DNA of 64,000 nt, taken from an uncultured Chloroflexia bacterium (GTDB taxonomy: Bacteria; Chloroflexota; Chloroflexia; Thermomicrobiales; UBA6265). The notes below the pieces were generated by a model that did no database searches, was not told where the DNA came from, and saw only the letters and a program-made list of their open reading frames with translations. Position numbers and translations under genes: made by a program. Positions 19,206-28,362 of this stretch are shown in pieces. Numbering within the stretch: the stretch's first letter is position 1; every line of letters begins with the position of its first letter. The stretch covers positions 802,576 to 866,575 of the forward strand of contig CAVRUC010000007.1 in assembly GCA_963724295.1 (NCBI GenBank). Direction: 5' to 3'.

Positions 19206-20786
19206 TCACTCGCTGTAATACGAGCCCGGCAGCGCCTTGAAGTTTTCATAGGCCGCAATCTGAGCTTCACGGCCGATGCGGTCGGTGATCTCATTGAAGC
19301 CAGCGTTTCCGGTGGCTAGAGCCTCCTCGACCGGGGTGCCTGCTTGCGCCGAGGTCACCGCCTGGTCGAGCACCGTGTGGTACTCGGCGGATCCTGGCAT
19401 GATGATATCGATGAGTGCACCGTCGGCCGCTGCCTGCAGGGTGTCGAGATAATCACCAGCTGTCGGCCACAGCCCTCGGTACTCCTCCGAGGCAAAGTGG
19501 CTGAGCCGGTACGGATCGCGTAGCGCATACGGCAGCATCACCCGCTGCATACTGATCGTTGGGCTTGTCATCCATTGAACGAAGAAGTACGCGGCTTCCT
19601 TGTTGGCGCTATCGGCTGAGACACCGAGCGAGAATCCAGCGTTGTGCAGGCTATGACCCATCGGCATAACCGCGTAACCTACCTTGCCCTGGACCTGTGT
19701 CTCCGGTATCCAATTGAGCTGTTCGACAGTCGTTCCCTCGGACCAGCGGCCTATTGGCGGCCAAGTGCCGCCGATCATGGCAAGTTGCCCACTCATCCAA
19801 CTCGCGAGGACCTCAAGGAACGCCCAGGTCTCGACCCCAGGTGGCATCGTCTTGTTCGACGCAACCATGCGTGTCAACGTCTCGATGCCAGCCTGACTGT
19901 CGAGCGTTGCATCAAGCGTTTCATCGTCAAAGAAGCGACCGCCCCGGTTCCGGAACTCTTCTGAGAACCAGCCGTAGACCTGGCCAGGACCACGCTGGCT
20001 AGCGCCGCCCCACGCATTGCCGCCGCCCCGCTCGGTGAAGAAGGCCTGAATTTCGTCATACTCCGTCCAGTCCTTCGGCGCAGCCAGCTCATGACCATAC
20101 TGCCCCATGAACGCGTCCTTGTTGGCGGGATCCTCGAACAGGTCAGTGCGGTAGTAGAGGATGATCACGTCGCCATCGTCGAACAACCCATAGCGCTGTC
20201 CGCCGTAGTTCATCAGCTCCTTGTAGAGCGGGTGGTAGTCGTCCAGATCCGCCGGCGCCATGAACTCCTCGATGTAGGGATTGAGCGGCTCAGCGACTCC
20301 CTGCGCCACGAAGTCGGCGGTCCAGGACGGCGGGAAGGTGATCACGTCATAGGCGCCTGTCGCCCCCAGGTGCTCCGCAACTTGAGTCGGAAAAAGTTCA
20401 ATGAATGGCTTGGTGATCACGTTGATCTTGATCCCGGTCAGTTCCTCCCAAAGCGGCCCGGTAAACAGCAGCGGATCCTGGGCTTGCAGATTCTCTTCAT
20501 AAACAATATTGAGCTCGGCCGGCTTCGGATCGAGCGCGTTCGCCGCGTCAACTGCCGCCTGGGCCGAATCCGCGTTCTGACGCAGCGCGCGCTGGGCCGC
20601 ACTGATCGCCGCTGGCGAGAGGCTAGGGGCGGCGCTGCGGGCGGCCACGGGTCGTGCGCGGCCGGCGATACCGAGCGCGGCAAGACCAGCCGCACCGTGC
20701 AGCACTTGCCGGCGCGAGGCTCGCGCTCGGGCAAACGACTCGAGGGCTTCTCGATGCTTCGGATCGATCGTCGGTTTCGAGTCCAT
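19206..20786 (-). CDS. Carbohydrate ABC solute-binding protein with Tat signal
   Basis: SRRQVL Tat motif, LYYRTDLF, family-1 SBP layout, upstream of two permeases. Confidence 0.9.
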   Translation of the reverse strand: MDSKPTIDPKHREALESFARARASRRQVLHGAAGLAALGIAGRARPVAARSAAPSLSPAAISAAQRALRQNADSAQAAVDAANALDPKPAELNIVYEENLQAQDPLLFTGPLWEELTGIKINVITKPFIELFPTQVAEHLGATGAYDVITFPPSWTADFVAQGVAEPLNPYIEEFMAPADLDDYHPLYKELMNYGGQRYGLFDDGDVIILYYRTDLFEDPANKDAFMGQYGHELAAPKDWTEYDEIQAFFTERGGGNAWGGASQRGPGQVYGWFSEEFRNRGGRFFDDETLDATLDSQAGIETLTRMVASNKTMPPGVETWAFLEVLASWMSGQLAMIGGTWPPIGRWSEGTTVEQLNWIPETQVQGKVGYAVMPMGHSLHNAGFSLGVSADSANKEAAYFFVQWMTSPTISMQRVMLPYALRDPYRLSHFASEEYRGLWPTAGDYLDTLQAAADGALIDIIMPGSAEYHTVLDQAVTSAQAGTPVEEALATGNAGFNEITDRIGREAQIAAYENFKALPGSYYSE

Positions 20787-20891
20787 CTCAGGCTCCTCTC
20801 AACTCCGTCCCACCACGGCGTGGGTCAGCAACAGTCCGCACGCGCCAGCGCGCGCCGGTGGTGCCGGTCGGGCCACGTGGTCCAACCTGGC

Positions 20892-21665
20892 CTAGTGCGT
20901 CGCGCGCAGAGCGTCGAGTCCCTGCCGCAGCGCAAGTTGATAGATCCAGAGGTCGCCGGAATAGGCCATCGCCCGGAACCCCTGCTGCAGGAGCGCCTGA
21001 CCGTCGGCCACAGCGCCGGCCATGATCCCGGGCACCTTCCCGTGCCGTTGGCAAACTTCCAACACCCGCTCGACGGCCGCCAGGTACGTCGGGTGGGAGA
21101 ATTGCCCGGGTATACCGAGTGAGTTCGTCAGATCGAAGTGGCCGATCCAGAGGACGTCGATGCCATCGACCGCCGCGATCGCATCGACATTCTCGATGCC
21201 CCGTGCCGTCTCGATCTGTGCGATGAGCAGCACTTCGTCGTTGGCGACTTCCATTTTCTCGATGATGTCGCCACCGGTGTAGTCGTCGTGGGCCATCCCG
21301 AAGGCTGCTCCGCGGCGACCCGCCGGCGGGTACTTGGCCGAATCGACGATGACCTGCGCCTGTTCGGCGCTCTCGACCATCGGCACCATCAACCCCATCG
21401 CCCCGACGTCGAGAGGCCGCGCGATGAGGTGATATTGCGTGGCCGGGATACGGACCATCGGCACGAGATCGGCGGCTCGAGAGCTGGCCATCAGGCCCCG
21501 GATGGTCTCGATGCTCCAGCCGGTGTGCTCCATGTCGTAGACGACGAACTCGGCGCCCGCTGCCGCGGCGATGCGCCCGATGCCGGTCGTCGAGAACTCG
21601 AAGATCATGGTCCCCAGGGACCGTTCTCCGGCCGCGAGCGCCCGCTTGACCCTGTTCTCCCTCAT
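20892..21665 (-). CDS. HpcH/HpaI class II pyruvate aldolase (GarL/RhmA-like)
   Basis: DMEH, VRIP, LDVGA.G..VP, KYPP.GRRG, QIET, D.LWIGHFDL. Confidence 0.92.
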   Translation of the reverse strand: MRENRVKRALAAGERSLGTMIFEFSTTGIGRIAAAAGAEFVVYDMEHTGWSIETIRGLMASSRAADLVPMVRIPATQYHLIARPLDVGAMGLMVPMVESAEQAQVIVDSAKYPPAGRRGAAFGMAHDDYTGGDIIEKMEVANDEVLLIAQIETARGIENVDAIAAVDGIDVLWIGHFDLTNSLGIPGQFSHPTYLAAVERVLEVCQRHGKVPGIMAGAVADGQALLQQGFRAMAYSGDLWIYQLALRQGLDALRATH

Positions 21666-22711
21666 TGCTGCTCCATCCGCTCCCGATACCGCCGCAGCTT
21701 CGCTTGCATCGCCGGGGTGTCGGCCGCTTCGCGGTTCACCACATTCGTCGGCACCTTTCCGGCGGCGACCTCCTGGATCGAGCGCAGCACGCTCTCACCC
21801 ATGATCCCCTCGCACTCGTCCGTCCAGCAGAGCGCGTGCGGCGTGACGATGACGTTTTCGAGCTTCAGGATGGGATCGTTGGGATCGACCGGTTCCTGCT
21901 CGAAAACGTCCATCCCCGCTCCGGCGATGCGCCGGTCCCGCAGCGCTTCGTACAGCGCGACCTGATCGACGAGCGGCCCGCGGGCCGTGCTGATCAGGTG
22001 GGCCGTCGGCTTCATCATGGCCAGGCGCTCGGCGTTGACGATGTGCCGCGTCTCCGGCGTCAACGCCGCGGCCACGACGACGAAATCGGACTCTTTGAGC
22101 AGGGTGTCGAGGTCGGTCAGCTCCACCCCTTCCGCCTCCGCAACCGCGGCCAGCGCGTACGGGTCGTACGCGACGTGGCGCATACCGAGCGGTCTGGCGA
22201 TGCGATGGGTCTCCTGCGCGATTCGTCCGAACCCGATGGTGCCGAGGGTCTTGCCGACCAGTCCCGTGCCGCGAGCATCCTGCTTGTCGGCCCAGCGACC
22301 CTCGCGCGTCAGCCGGTCCTGTTCGAGCAGGCGCCCGGCCAGGGCCAGCATGAAGGTCAGATTGACGACGGCCATCGGCCGCTGCACCGCCTCCGGGGTG
22401 ATCGTCAGGAACACCCCGTTGGCGGTACAGGCCGCGACGTCGATGTTGTCGTAGCCGACGCCGAAGCGCGCGACCAGACTCAGGCGCTCATTGCCTTCGA
22501 GCGTCGCCTGGGTGACGCGCGGTCCGAGCACCCCAAGTGCGTCGAAACCGGCGATCTCCTCGGGCCGCAGCTCGCCCCCGTGCTCCGGAAGAAACGTCAC
22601 ATCGATACCAGGGGTGCGCTCCAGCAAGCGCACTCCGGCCCCACCGAATCCAAGCTCGCCGTTGGGACGGATGAAATCGCGCGTGACGCCGACGCGAAAA
22701 GTCTCGCTCAT
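21662..22711 (-). CDS. D-isomer-specific 2-hydroxyacid dehydrogenase
   Basis: RFGVGYDNID, GFGRIA, STARG, DVFEQEP, TPH; ATG 22711. Confidence 0.92.
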   Translation of the reverse strand: MSETFRVGVTRDFIRPNGELGFGGAGVRLLERTPGIDVTFLPEHGGELRPEEIAGFDALGVLGPRVTQATLEGNERLSLVARFGVGYDNIDVAACTANGVFLTITPEAVQRPMAVVNLTFMLALAGRLLEQDRLTREGRWADKQDARGTGLVGKTLGTIGFGRIAQETHRIARPLGMRHVAYDPYALAAVAEAEGVELTDLDTLLKESDFVVVAAALTPETRHIVNAERLAMMKPTAHLISTARGPLVDQVALYEALRDRRIAGAGMDVFEQEPVDPNDPILKLENVIVTPHALCWTDECEGIMGESVLRSIQEVAAGKVPTNVVNREAADTPAMQAKLRRYRERMEQQ

Positions 22712-22722
22712 GCCCCTCACTC

Positions 22723-23481
22723 TCAGCGTACGGAGATACCGCCATCGACGTGGAAATGGGAGCCGGTGGCGAACGCCGATTCGTCCGAAGCCAGGAAGAC
22801 CGCGATCCCGGCCATGTCTTGCGGCGTACCGACCCGCCCGATCGGGTGCAGCGCCACGAGCTTGGCTCGTACCTCCGGGTCGTCCATCAGCGGTTTGGTC
22901 AGTGTCGTCTCGATCGAGCCCGGGACGATGCCGTTGACGCGAATGCCGTATGGCGCGTAGTCGGCAGCCATGACGCGGGTAAGACCCATGACCCCAGCCT
23001 TGGAGGACGAGTAGGCATGCCAGCCCGCGCCAGACATGGTGAGCCCTGTCGGAGAGCCGGCGTTGATGATCGAACCGCCGTCGCCGCTCTCCATCATCAG
23101 CCGCACCCCATGTTTGCACGTGAGATAGACCCCGCGCAGATTGACGTCATGAGTTCGCTGCCAGACGTCGATATCCAGCTCGTGTACCGGCGCATCTTCG
23201 CCGATGAGCTGCACCGCGGCGCAGGTGTAGAGCACGTCGAGGCGCCCATGTCGGCGGCGCACCTCGTCGAATGCGGCGGCGATGCTCGCTTCGTCCGAGA
23301 CGTCGGTGATCAGCGGAAACGCCTGGTCGCCGATCTCCTGGACTGTGGCCTCGACAGCCGGCGCATTGCGATCAAGCACACCAACGGTCGCTCCTTCGCG
23401 AGCAAACGCGCGGGCGGCTTCTTGCCCGATCCCACTCCCCGCCCCGGTGACGACGGCAACCTTGCCCTGCAGGCGCCCCAC
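22723..23481 (-). CDS. Short-chain dehydrogenase/reductase (NAD)
   Basis: TGAGSGIG, YSSSK catalytic motif, IRVN..PG, VDGG. Confidence 0.93.
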   Translation of the reverse strand: MGRLQGKVAVVTGAGSGIGQEAARAFAREGATVGVLDRNAPAVEATVQEIGDQAFPLITDVSDEASIAAAFDEVRRRHGRLDVLYTCAAVQLIGEDAPVHELDIDVWQRTHDVNLRGVYLTCKHGVRLMMESGDGGSIINAGSPTGLTMSGAGWHAYSSSKAGVMGLTRVMAADYAPYGIRVNGIVPGSIETTLTKPLMDDPEVRAKLVALHPIGRVGTPQDMAGIAVFLASDESAFATGSHFHVDGGISVR

Positions 23482-23614
23482 CGCATCCCCTCCCCGAATC
23501 AGCCTCAGCGCGCCGACTGGCCGCTAGCGTTTTGCGCACGCCCTTTGAGACCCGATATGGCCATGGGGCGCTCGCTCGCGGCGAGCCGGTCCTCGGCAGC
23601 AATAACCGGTTCAG

Positions 23615-23669
23615 TGGTTGACTGGTTGACCAATACACAGATGCTATCGGCGGCGGTCTCCCTTGTCAA
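23615..23669 (-). promoter_or_regulatory. sigma70 promoter and FadR-type operator of the 9.6-23.5 kb operon
   Basis: Minus strand TTGACA (23669-23664), 17 bp, TAGCAT (23646-23641), then ATTGGTCAACCAGTCAACCA (TGGT-N2-ACCA plus extra half-site). Confidence 0.7.
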
Positions 23670-23773
23670 GATGTCGCAGCAGGTTCGCTGGGGTCAATGT
23701 GTGCCATGCCGTTCTGACCCGCGAGTGCTACTCAGCTTGACGCCCCTACTCGGAACTGATTAGGATCACCCCC

Positions 23774-25039
23774 GTGACGATTCCGGCTCCCTCCGCTGCT
23801 GCTGACTGGTGTAGACGCGCCCACGGCGCGGTCTCGCTCGCGGTTGTGCTGCTGGTTGTCGCGGCGCTCTGGACGCCCCTGGCACTGGCACAGGAAGTAC
23901 CCGAGCTGCAGATCACCTCGACCAATTACATCGCCATCGATGCCGAGACCGGTGAGATCTACGCCCAGCGCGGCGCGCACGAGCAGCGGGCGCCGGCGAG
24001 TCTGACCAAGGTCTTCACGGCCATCGAGACGATCGAGTCCCTTCCGCCGGACACGCCGGTGATCACCAGCGAATCGGACCTGGTGAGCGAGTTCGCCAGC
24101 CAGGTCGGCTTCTCCCCCGGCGAACAGTTCACGGTCGAGGAATTGCTCTACGGCATGATGCTGCCGTCGGGGAACGATGCGGCGCGTGCGCTGGCGCGGA
24201 CTGCTGGCGCCGAGGAAGGCGATACCGACGAGGAAGCGCTCAACCGATTTCTGGCCCGCATCAATCAGCGCATCCAGAACATGGGGTTGACCAACACGCA
24301 CCTCGTCGATCCTGACGGCTGGGGAGTTCCGGGACACTACTCGTCCGCTTACGACCTCGCGGCGTTTACGATGTACGCGCTGCGCTATCCACGATTCGTG
24401 CAGGCCTTCTCGACGGGCATCTACGAGACGGCTGACGGCTCGTATGAGTTCCGCAACAACAACCGCATGTTGCGCACCTACGAGGGCATCGTCGGCGGCA
24501 AGACCGGGTACGACGATGACGCGGGGTGGTGTCTGATCAATGTCGCCGAGCGGAACGGGAGGCGGGTCATCGCCGTGACCATGAACGGGGTCGCACCCGA
24601 CGACTGGTACGACGACAATCGCGTCCTGCTGGACTACGCGCTCGAGCAACAGGCGCTGCGATCCGAGACCGGCGCGGGAATAACCGGAGAGGTCGTCCGC
24701 TTCCGCGATCCGGACGCCGCCACGATCCTGGCCATGGGCTCGGCGGGGGGCACGATCGGGCAGCCCGCGCTGAGGGCGGCGCTCGAGCCGATGGAAATCC
24801 AGCCCGCAGTTCCGCAACCCATTTCGGTTCCGGGGGAGCAATTGGGGGTCAGCGGGGCCGGATGGACCGCCGCGCTCCTGGTTGCCGCGGGGTTGATCGC
24901 GGTGCAAGGGTCCGCGACCTGGCGCCTGCGATCTGGACGGCTCCGCAACGGGGCCGGCACGATCTTCCTGGAGACGAATCTGCTAGCGGCACCCGGGCCA
25001 GGTTCGCTCCTGGAGCCGGTGGCAACGGCCAGCGATTGA
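23774..25039 (+). CDS. D-alanyl-D-alanine carboxypeptidase (peptidase S11) with C-terminal membrane anchor
   Basis: PASLTK (SxxK), SGNDAA (SxN), GKTGY (KTG), signal peptide. Confidence 0.92.
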   Translation: MTIPAPSAAADWCRRAHGAVSLAVVLLVVAALWTPLALAQEVPELQITSTNYIAIDAETGEIYAQRGAHEQRAPASLTKVFTAIETIESLPPDTPVITSESDLVSEFASQVGFSPGEQFTVEELLYGMMLPSGNDAARALARTAGAEEGDTDEEALNRFLARINQRIQNMGLTNTHLVDPDGWGVPGHYSSAYDLAAFTMYALRYPRFVQAFSTGIYETADGSYEFRNNNRMLRTYEGIVGGKTGYDDDAGWCLINVAERNGRRVIAVTMNGVAPDDWYDDNRVLLDYALEQQALRSETGAGITGEVVRFRDPDAATILAMGSAGGTIGQPALRAALEPMEIQPAVPQPISVPGEQLGVSGAGWTAALLVAAGLIAVQGSATWRLRSGRLRNGAGTIFLETNLLAAPGPGSLLEPVATASD

Positions 25040-25065
25040 CAGGTTCGACGCGATGTTTCTATCCT
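25036..25065 (+). promoter_or_regulatory. Probable promoter of the T-box/thrS transcript
   Basis: TTGACA (25036-25041), 18 bp, TATCCT (25060-25065). Confidence 0.55.
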
Positions 25066-25089
25066 TCACTGGTCAATTGACGCGCCACG

Positions 25090-25336
25090 GCGTCGATCGG
25101 GACGAGTAGCTGCGGGACCATCGCCAGAAAGACCGGCTGACGCTGAGAGTCCGGTTCGACATGGCCCCGGCGAAAACCACCCGGGAGCCGGTCACCGAAA
25201 CTCCGCGGGAGCGTAGGCTGGCCCGGTAGGCCCCGTTAGCGGCCACGTCGAGCAGGCGGCACTGAGGTGCCACAGCCTGAAATGAGGGTGGAACCACGCC
25301 GGTCCGGCGTCCCTGTTGGGGACACGGGCCGTTTTT
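25090..25336 (+). ncRNA. T-box riboswitch (Thr, ACC specifier) with intrinsic terminator
   Basis: AGTA, AG-bulge AGAAAGA, GCTGAGAG loop, GAAAACCACC specifier, AATGAGGGTGGAACCACG T-box (25281-25298), GC stem plus TTTTT; upstream of thrS. Confidence 0.92.
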
Positions 25337-25399
25337 CATGCCCTGCGCGCCGATTGGCGCGAGTCGCGGGAAGCGATGCACCAGAGCGGAGTGACCGAG

Positions 25400-27235
25400 A
25401 TGACAGACACACACGACGAAATTGCCAACATGGACATCGCGGTCGATCTGGAGGATGCCCGGGCGTATGAGCTGGCGCGCATGCGCCACTCGGCCGCCCA
25501 CCTCATGGCGGAAGCGGTGCTGGAGATTTTCCCGGAGGCGCGGCTCGGGATCGGTCCCGCCATCGAGCACGGCTTCTACTATGACTTCGATTTGCCGCGA
25601 CCATTGACACCGGACGATCTGGCGGAGATCGAGCGTCGCATGGCGGCCAACCGCCAGAAAGCGGAACCGTTCGTGCGCGAGGTGGTGACGCGCGATGAAG
25701 CGCTGCGCATCTTCGGTGACAACCCCTACAAGGTCGAGTTGATCGAGGGTCTGCCGCGGGACGAGATCATCACGACCTACCAGCAGGGCGAGTTCCTCGA
25801 TCTCTGCCGCGGTCCGCACGTGCCCAGCACGGGCGAGATCGGGTCCTTCAAACTCCTCTCGATCGCCGGCGCCTACTGGCGTGGTGACGAGAAGCGGCCA
25901 ATGCTGCAGCGCATCTACGGTACGGCCTGGCCGACACAGGAGGAGCTGGATGCTCATCTGACGCGGCTGGAAGAGGCCCAGCGTCGCGATCATCGCCGTC
26001 TCGGGCGCGAGCTCGATCTCTTCTCGGTGAACGAGGAGATCGGCCCCGGTCTCATCCTCTGGCATCCAAAGGGGGCCATGGTCCGCTATCTGGTCGAGCA
26101 GTTCGAGCAGAAAGAACAGCTCGCGCGCGGCTACGATCTGGTCTATACGCCCCACATAGCATCGGAAAAGATCTACCGCACATCCGGCCACCTGGAGACG
26201 TACCGGGAGAACATGTACTCGCCGATGAGCATCGAGGAGGTCGACTACTACCTCAAACCGATGAACTGCCCCGGTCACATCATGATCTACAAGAACCGGG
26301 TCCATTCCTACCGGGACCTTCCGATCCGGCTGGCCGAGCTGGGCACGGTCTACCGCTATGAGCGGTCCGGGACCCTGCACGGCATGCTGCGCGTGCGCGG
26401 CTTTACGCAGGATGACTCTCACATTTTCTGCACGCCGGAGCAGGTCGTTGCCGAGGCCGGGGGCGTAATCGACCTGGCCATGCACATGGCCGACGTCTTT
26501 GGCTACGAGTTCCAGTCGTATCTGGCGACGCGACCGGAGAAATCGATCGGCGACGCCGAGGTCTGGGAGACGGCGACCGAAGATCTCCGGCGCGCGATGG
26601 AGATTCGCGGTCTGTCGTACAAGATCGACGAGGGCGGCGGGGCGTTCTATGGGCCCAAGATCGACATCAAGTGGGTCGACGCGTTGGGTCGGGAGTGGAC
26701 GGGTCCGACGATCCAGGTCGATTTCAATCTGCCGGAGCGCTTCGACGTCAATTACATCGGCGAGGATGGCGAGCGGCACCGGGTCGCCATGATTCACCGC
26801 ACCCTACTCGGCTCGATGGAGCGTTTTGTGGGTGGCCTGGTCGAGCACTACGCCGGGGCCTTCCCGCTCTGGCTGGCTCCAGTGCAGGCAGCGGTCATCC
26901 CGATCACCGACGAGCAGATCGACTACGCGCGCGACGTGGCCAGACGTCTCACGGATGCGGGACTTCGCGTCGAAGTCAACGACCGGCGCGATCGCATGCA
27001 GGCGAAGATCCGGGAAGCGCAGCTGCAGAAGATCCCGTACATGCTGGTGATCGGGAAAAGAGAGGCGGCCGAGGACGCGGTTGCGGTCCGGCTACGCAAT
27101 GGCCGGGACCTCGGCGCGATGCCGGTCGGCGCCTTCCTCGAGATGGCGCTGCCGCGGGTCGAGTCGCGATCGCTGCATCTGGATGACGTTGAGCAGGCCG
27201 AAGCGCAACAGGCGGCCCTGGCAGCAGTTTCGTGA
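25400..27235 (+). CDS. thrS: Threonine--tRNA ligase
   Basis: RHSAAH, GFYYDF, DLCRGPH, GAYWRG, RDHRRLG, KPMNCPGH, RVRGFTQDD, GAFYGPKID, GSMERF; start approximate. Confidence 0.97.
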   Translation: MTDTHDEIANMDIAVDLEDARAYELARMRHSAAHLMAEAVLEIFPEARLGIGPAIEHGFYYDFDLPRPLTPDDLAEIERRMAANRQKAEPFVREVVTRDEALRIFGDNPYKVELIEGLPRDEIITTYQQGEFLDLCRGPHVPSTGEIGSFKLLSIAGAYWRGDEKRPMLQRIYGTAWPTQEELDAHLTRLEEAQRRDHRRLGRELDLFSVNEEIGPGLILWHPKGAMVRYLVEQFEQKEQLARGYDLVYTPHIASEKIYRTSGHLETYRENMYSPMSIEEVDYYLKPMNCPGHIMIYKNRVHSYRDLPIRLAELGTVYRYERSGTLHGMLRVRGFTQDDSHIFCTPEQVVAEAGGVIDLAMHMADVFGYEFQSYLATRPEKSIGDAEVWETATEDLRRAMEIRGLSYKIDEGGGAFYGPKIDIKWVDALGREWTGPTIQVDFNLPERFDVNYIGEDGERHRVAMIHRTLLGSMERFVGGLVEHYAGAFPLWLAPVQAAVIPITDEQIDYARDVARRLTDAGLRVEVNDRRDRMQAKIREAQLQKIPYMLVIGKREAAEDAVAVRLRNGRDLGAMPVGAFLEMALPRVESRSLHLDDVEQAEAQQAALAAVS

Positions 27236-27429
27236 ATCAGGACCATTGTCCTTGCCTCTGCGAAACACTCTGAGCGCCCAAGCGTTTCAATGCATGCTGA
27301 TGGTTGTTTCAGGACGCACGAGACCATCCGGTCCTCGCGCGGCGTGGAACGAATCATGCTGGAAGGCAGCGACCGGTGAGAGGCCGCGAAGTGCCGCTCA
27401 TCCCGCGCTCACCGAAAAAGGGGGGAACC

Positions 27430-28095
27430 ATGATGCATGAGATGCGGATCGACCAGCGAGGGCGGGGGGCCGTGATGACCCGCCGCGCCATGGTCACCTG
27501 GTCCAAGATCGCCTGCGGTGCAGCCCTGACCGCCGCGCTCCTGGGCACCAGTCTGGTCCAGCCGGTCGCGGCCCAGGATGACGACACGATCGTGCTCACC
27601 GCCGGTGGCTCGACCCTGACGGTCAGCCCTGGCAATGCTTCCGCGGTCTCGGCCGTGGCCGAAGCGCATGCCTCGCCTGGTCACGCGGAGACGATCGCCG
27701 CCGCCGCACGCGCGGTCGCCGACTGTGAAGATGGAGCACTTGCCGAGGGCGCCGCGGCGCTCGCCGTCGCGCACCCGGATGAGGGCGCGGCGACCGATAC
27801 CTGGCTCACCAGCGCGGAAGCCAAGAACAACAAGGATAACGACGAGCCCATCCGCAGGGTCGTTGAGAATAAGTGCCACGTGGATGAGGAAGAGAAGAAG
27901 GCTCCGCCGAAGAAAGAGGCTCCTCCCAAGGAAGAGGCTCCGGCACCTGAGGCTCCCGAGGCTCCTCCGGTTGCCGAGTTGCCAGCCACCGGCATCGGCA
28001 TGGCCGGGATGGCCGGACTCTCCTCGCTCTTCGCGGCCGCCTCTGCTGCCGCGGCGCTCGGGTCAGTGACCCTGCGCGGCCGGCGCGAGGACTAA
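27430..28095 (+). CDS. Tat-exported Ala-repeat surface protein with LPATG sorting signal
   Basis: TRRAMV leader ending VAAQ, Ala-rich domain, K/E/P linker, LPATG, hydrophobic segment, RGRRED tail. Confidence 0.75.
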   Translation: MMHEMRIDQRGRGAVMTRRAMVTWSKIACGAALTAALLGTSLVQPVAAQDDDTIVLTAGGSTLTVSPGNASAVSAVAEAHASPGHAETIAAAARAVADCEDGALAEGAAALAVAHPDEGAATDTWLTSAEAKNNKDNDEPIRRVVENKCHVDEEEKKAPPKKEAPPKEEAPAPEAPEAPPVAELPATGIGMAGMAGLSSLFAAASAAAALGSVTLRGRRED

Positions 28096-28130
28096 CCCGC
28101 TGGCGAGAGCCAACCGGGAAAAGACGGAAC

Positions 28131-28163
28131 GAGAGCGGGGCGGCCAATAGGCCGCCCCGTCTC
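28131..28163 (+). terminator. GC-rich hairpin after the first LPxTG gene
   Basis: CGGGGCGGCC-AATA-GGCCGCCCCG; no long T tract. Confidence 0.55.
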
Positions 28164-28362
28164 ACGTCCAGGACTCAAGAGCGCCAGCCGATGATAGCCA
28201 CCAGCTGGCGCTGATTTGTTCCCCTGACGCCACGATGAGGAACACGAGCCGCCCGTGGCTCCGCGAATCGAGCGCGTGGAACGATTCATGCTCTTTTTAC
28301 GGTATCGGGCAGCGTAGGGAGTCCGCGCACATCGCCCCGCGAGTTCAGGTAGAGGAACGACA

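Noticed and set aside
22712..23119. 136-aa extension on the 2-hydroxyacid dehydrogenase suggesting a fusion
   Set aside because: It is an alternative frame of the SDR gene; family similarity begins at ATG 22711.
25073..26797. 574-aa ORF antisense to thrS (similarly 21665..22960, 23732..24907, 20091..21122, and same-strand off-frame 6421..7674)
   Set aside because: Shadow ORFs expected in high-GC coding DNA; no motifs, and a recognisable gene occupies the locus.
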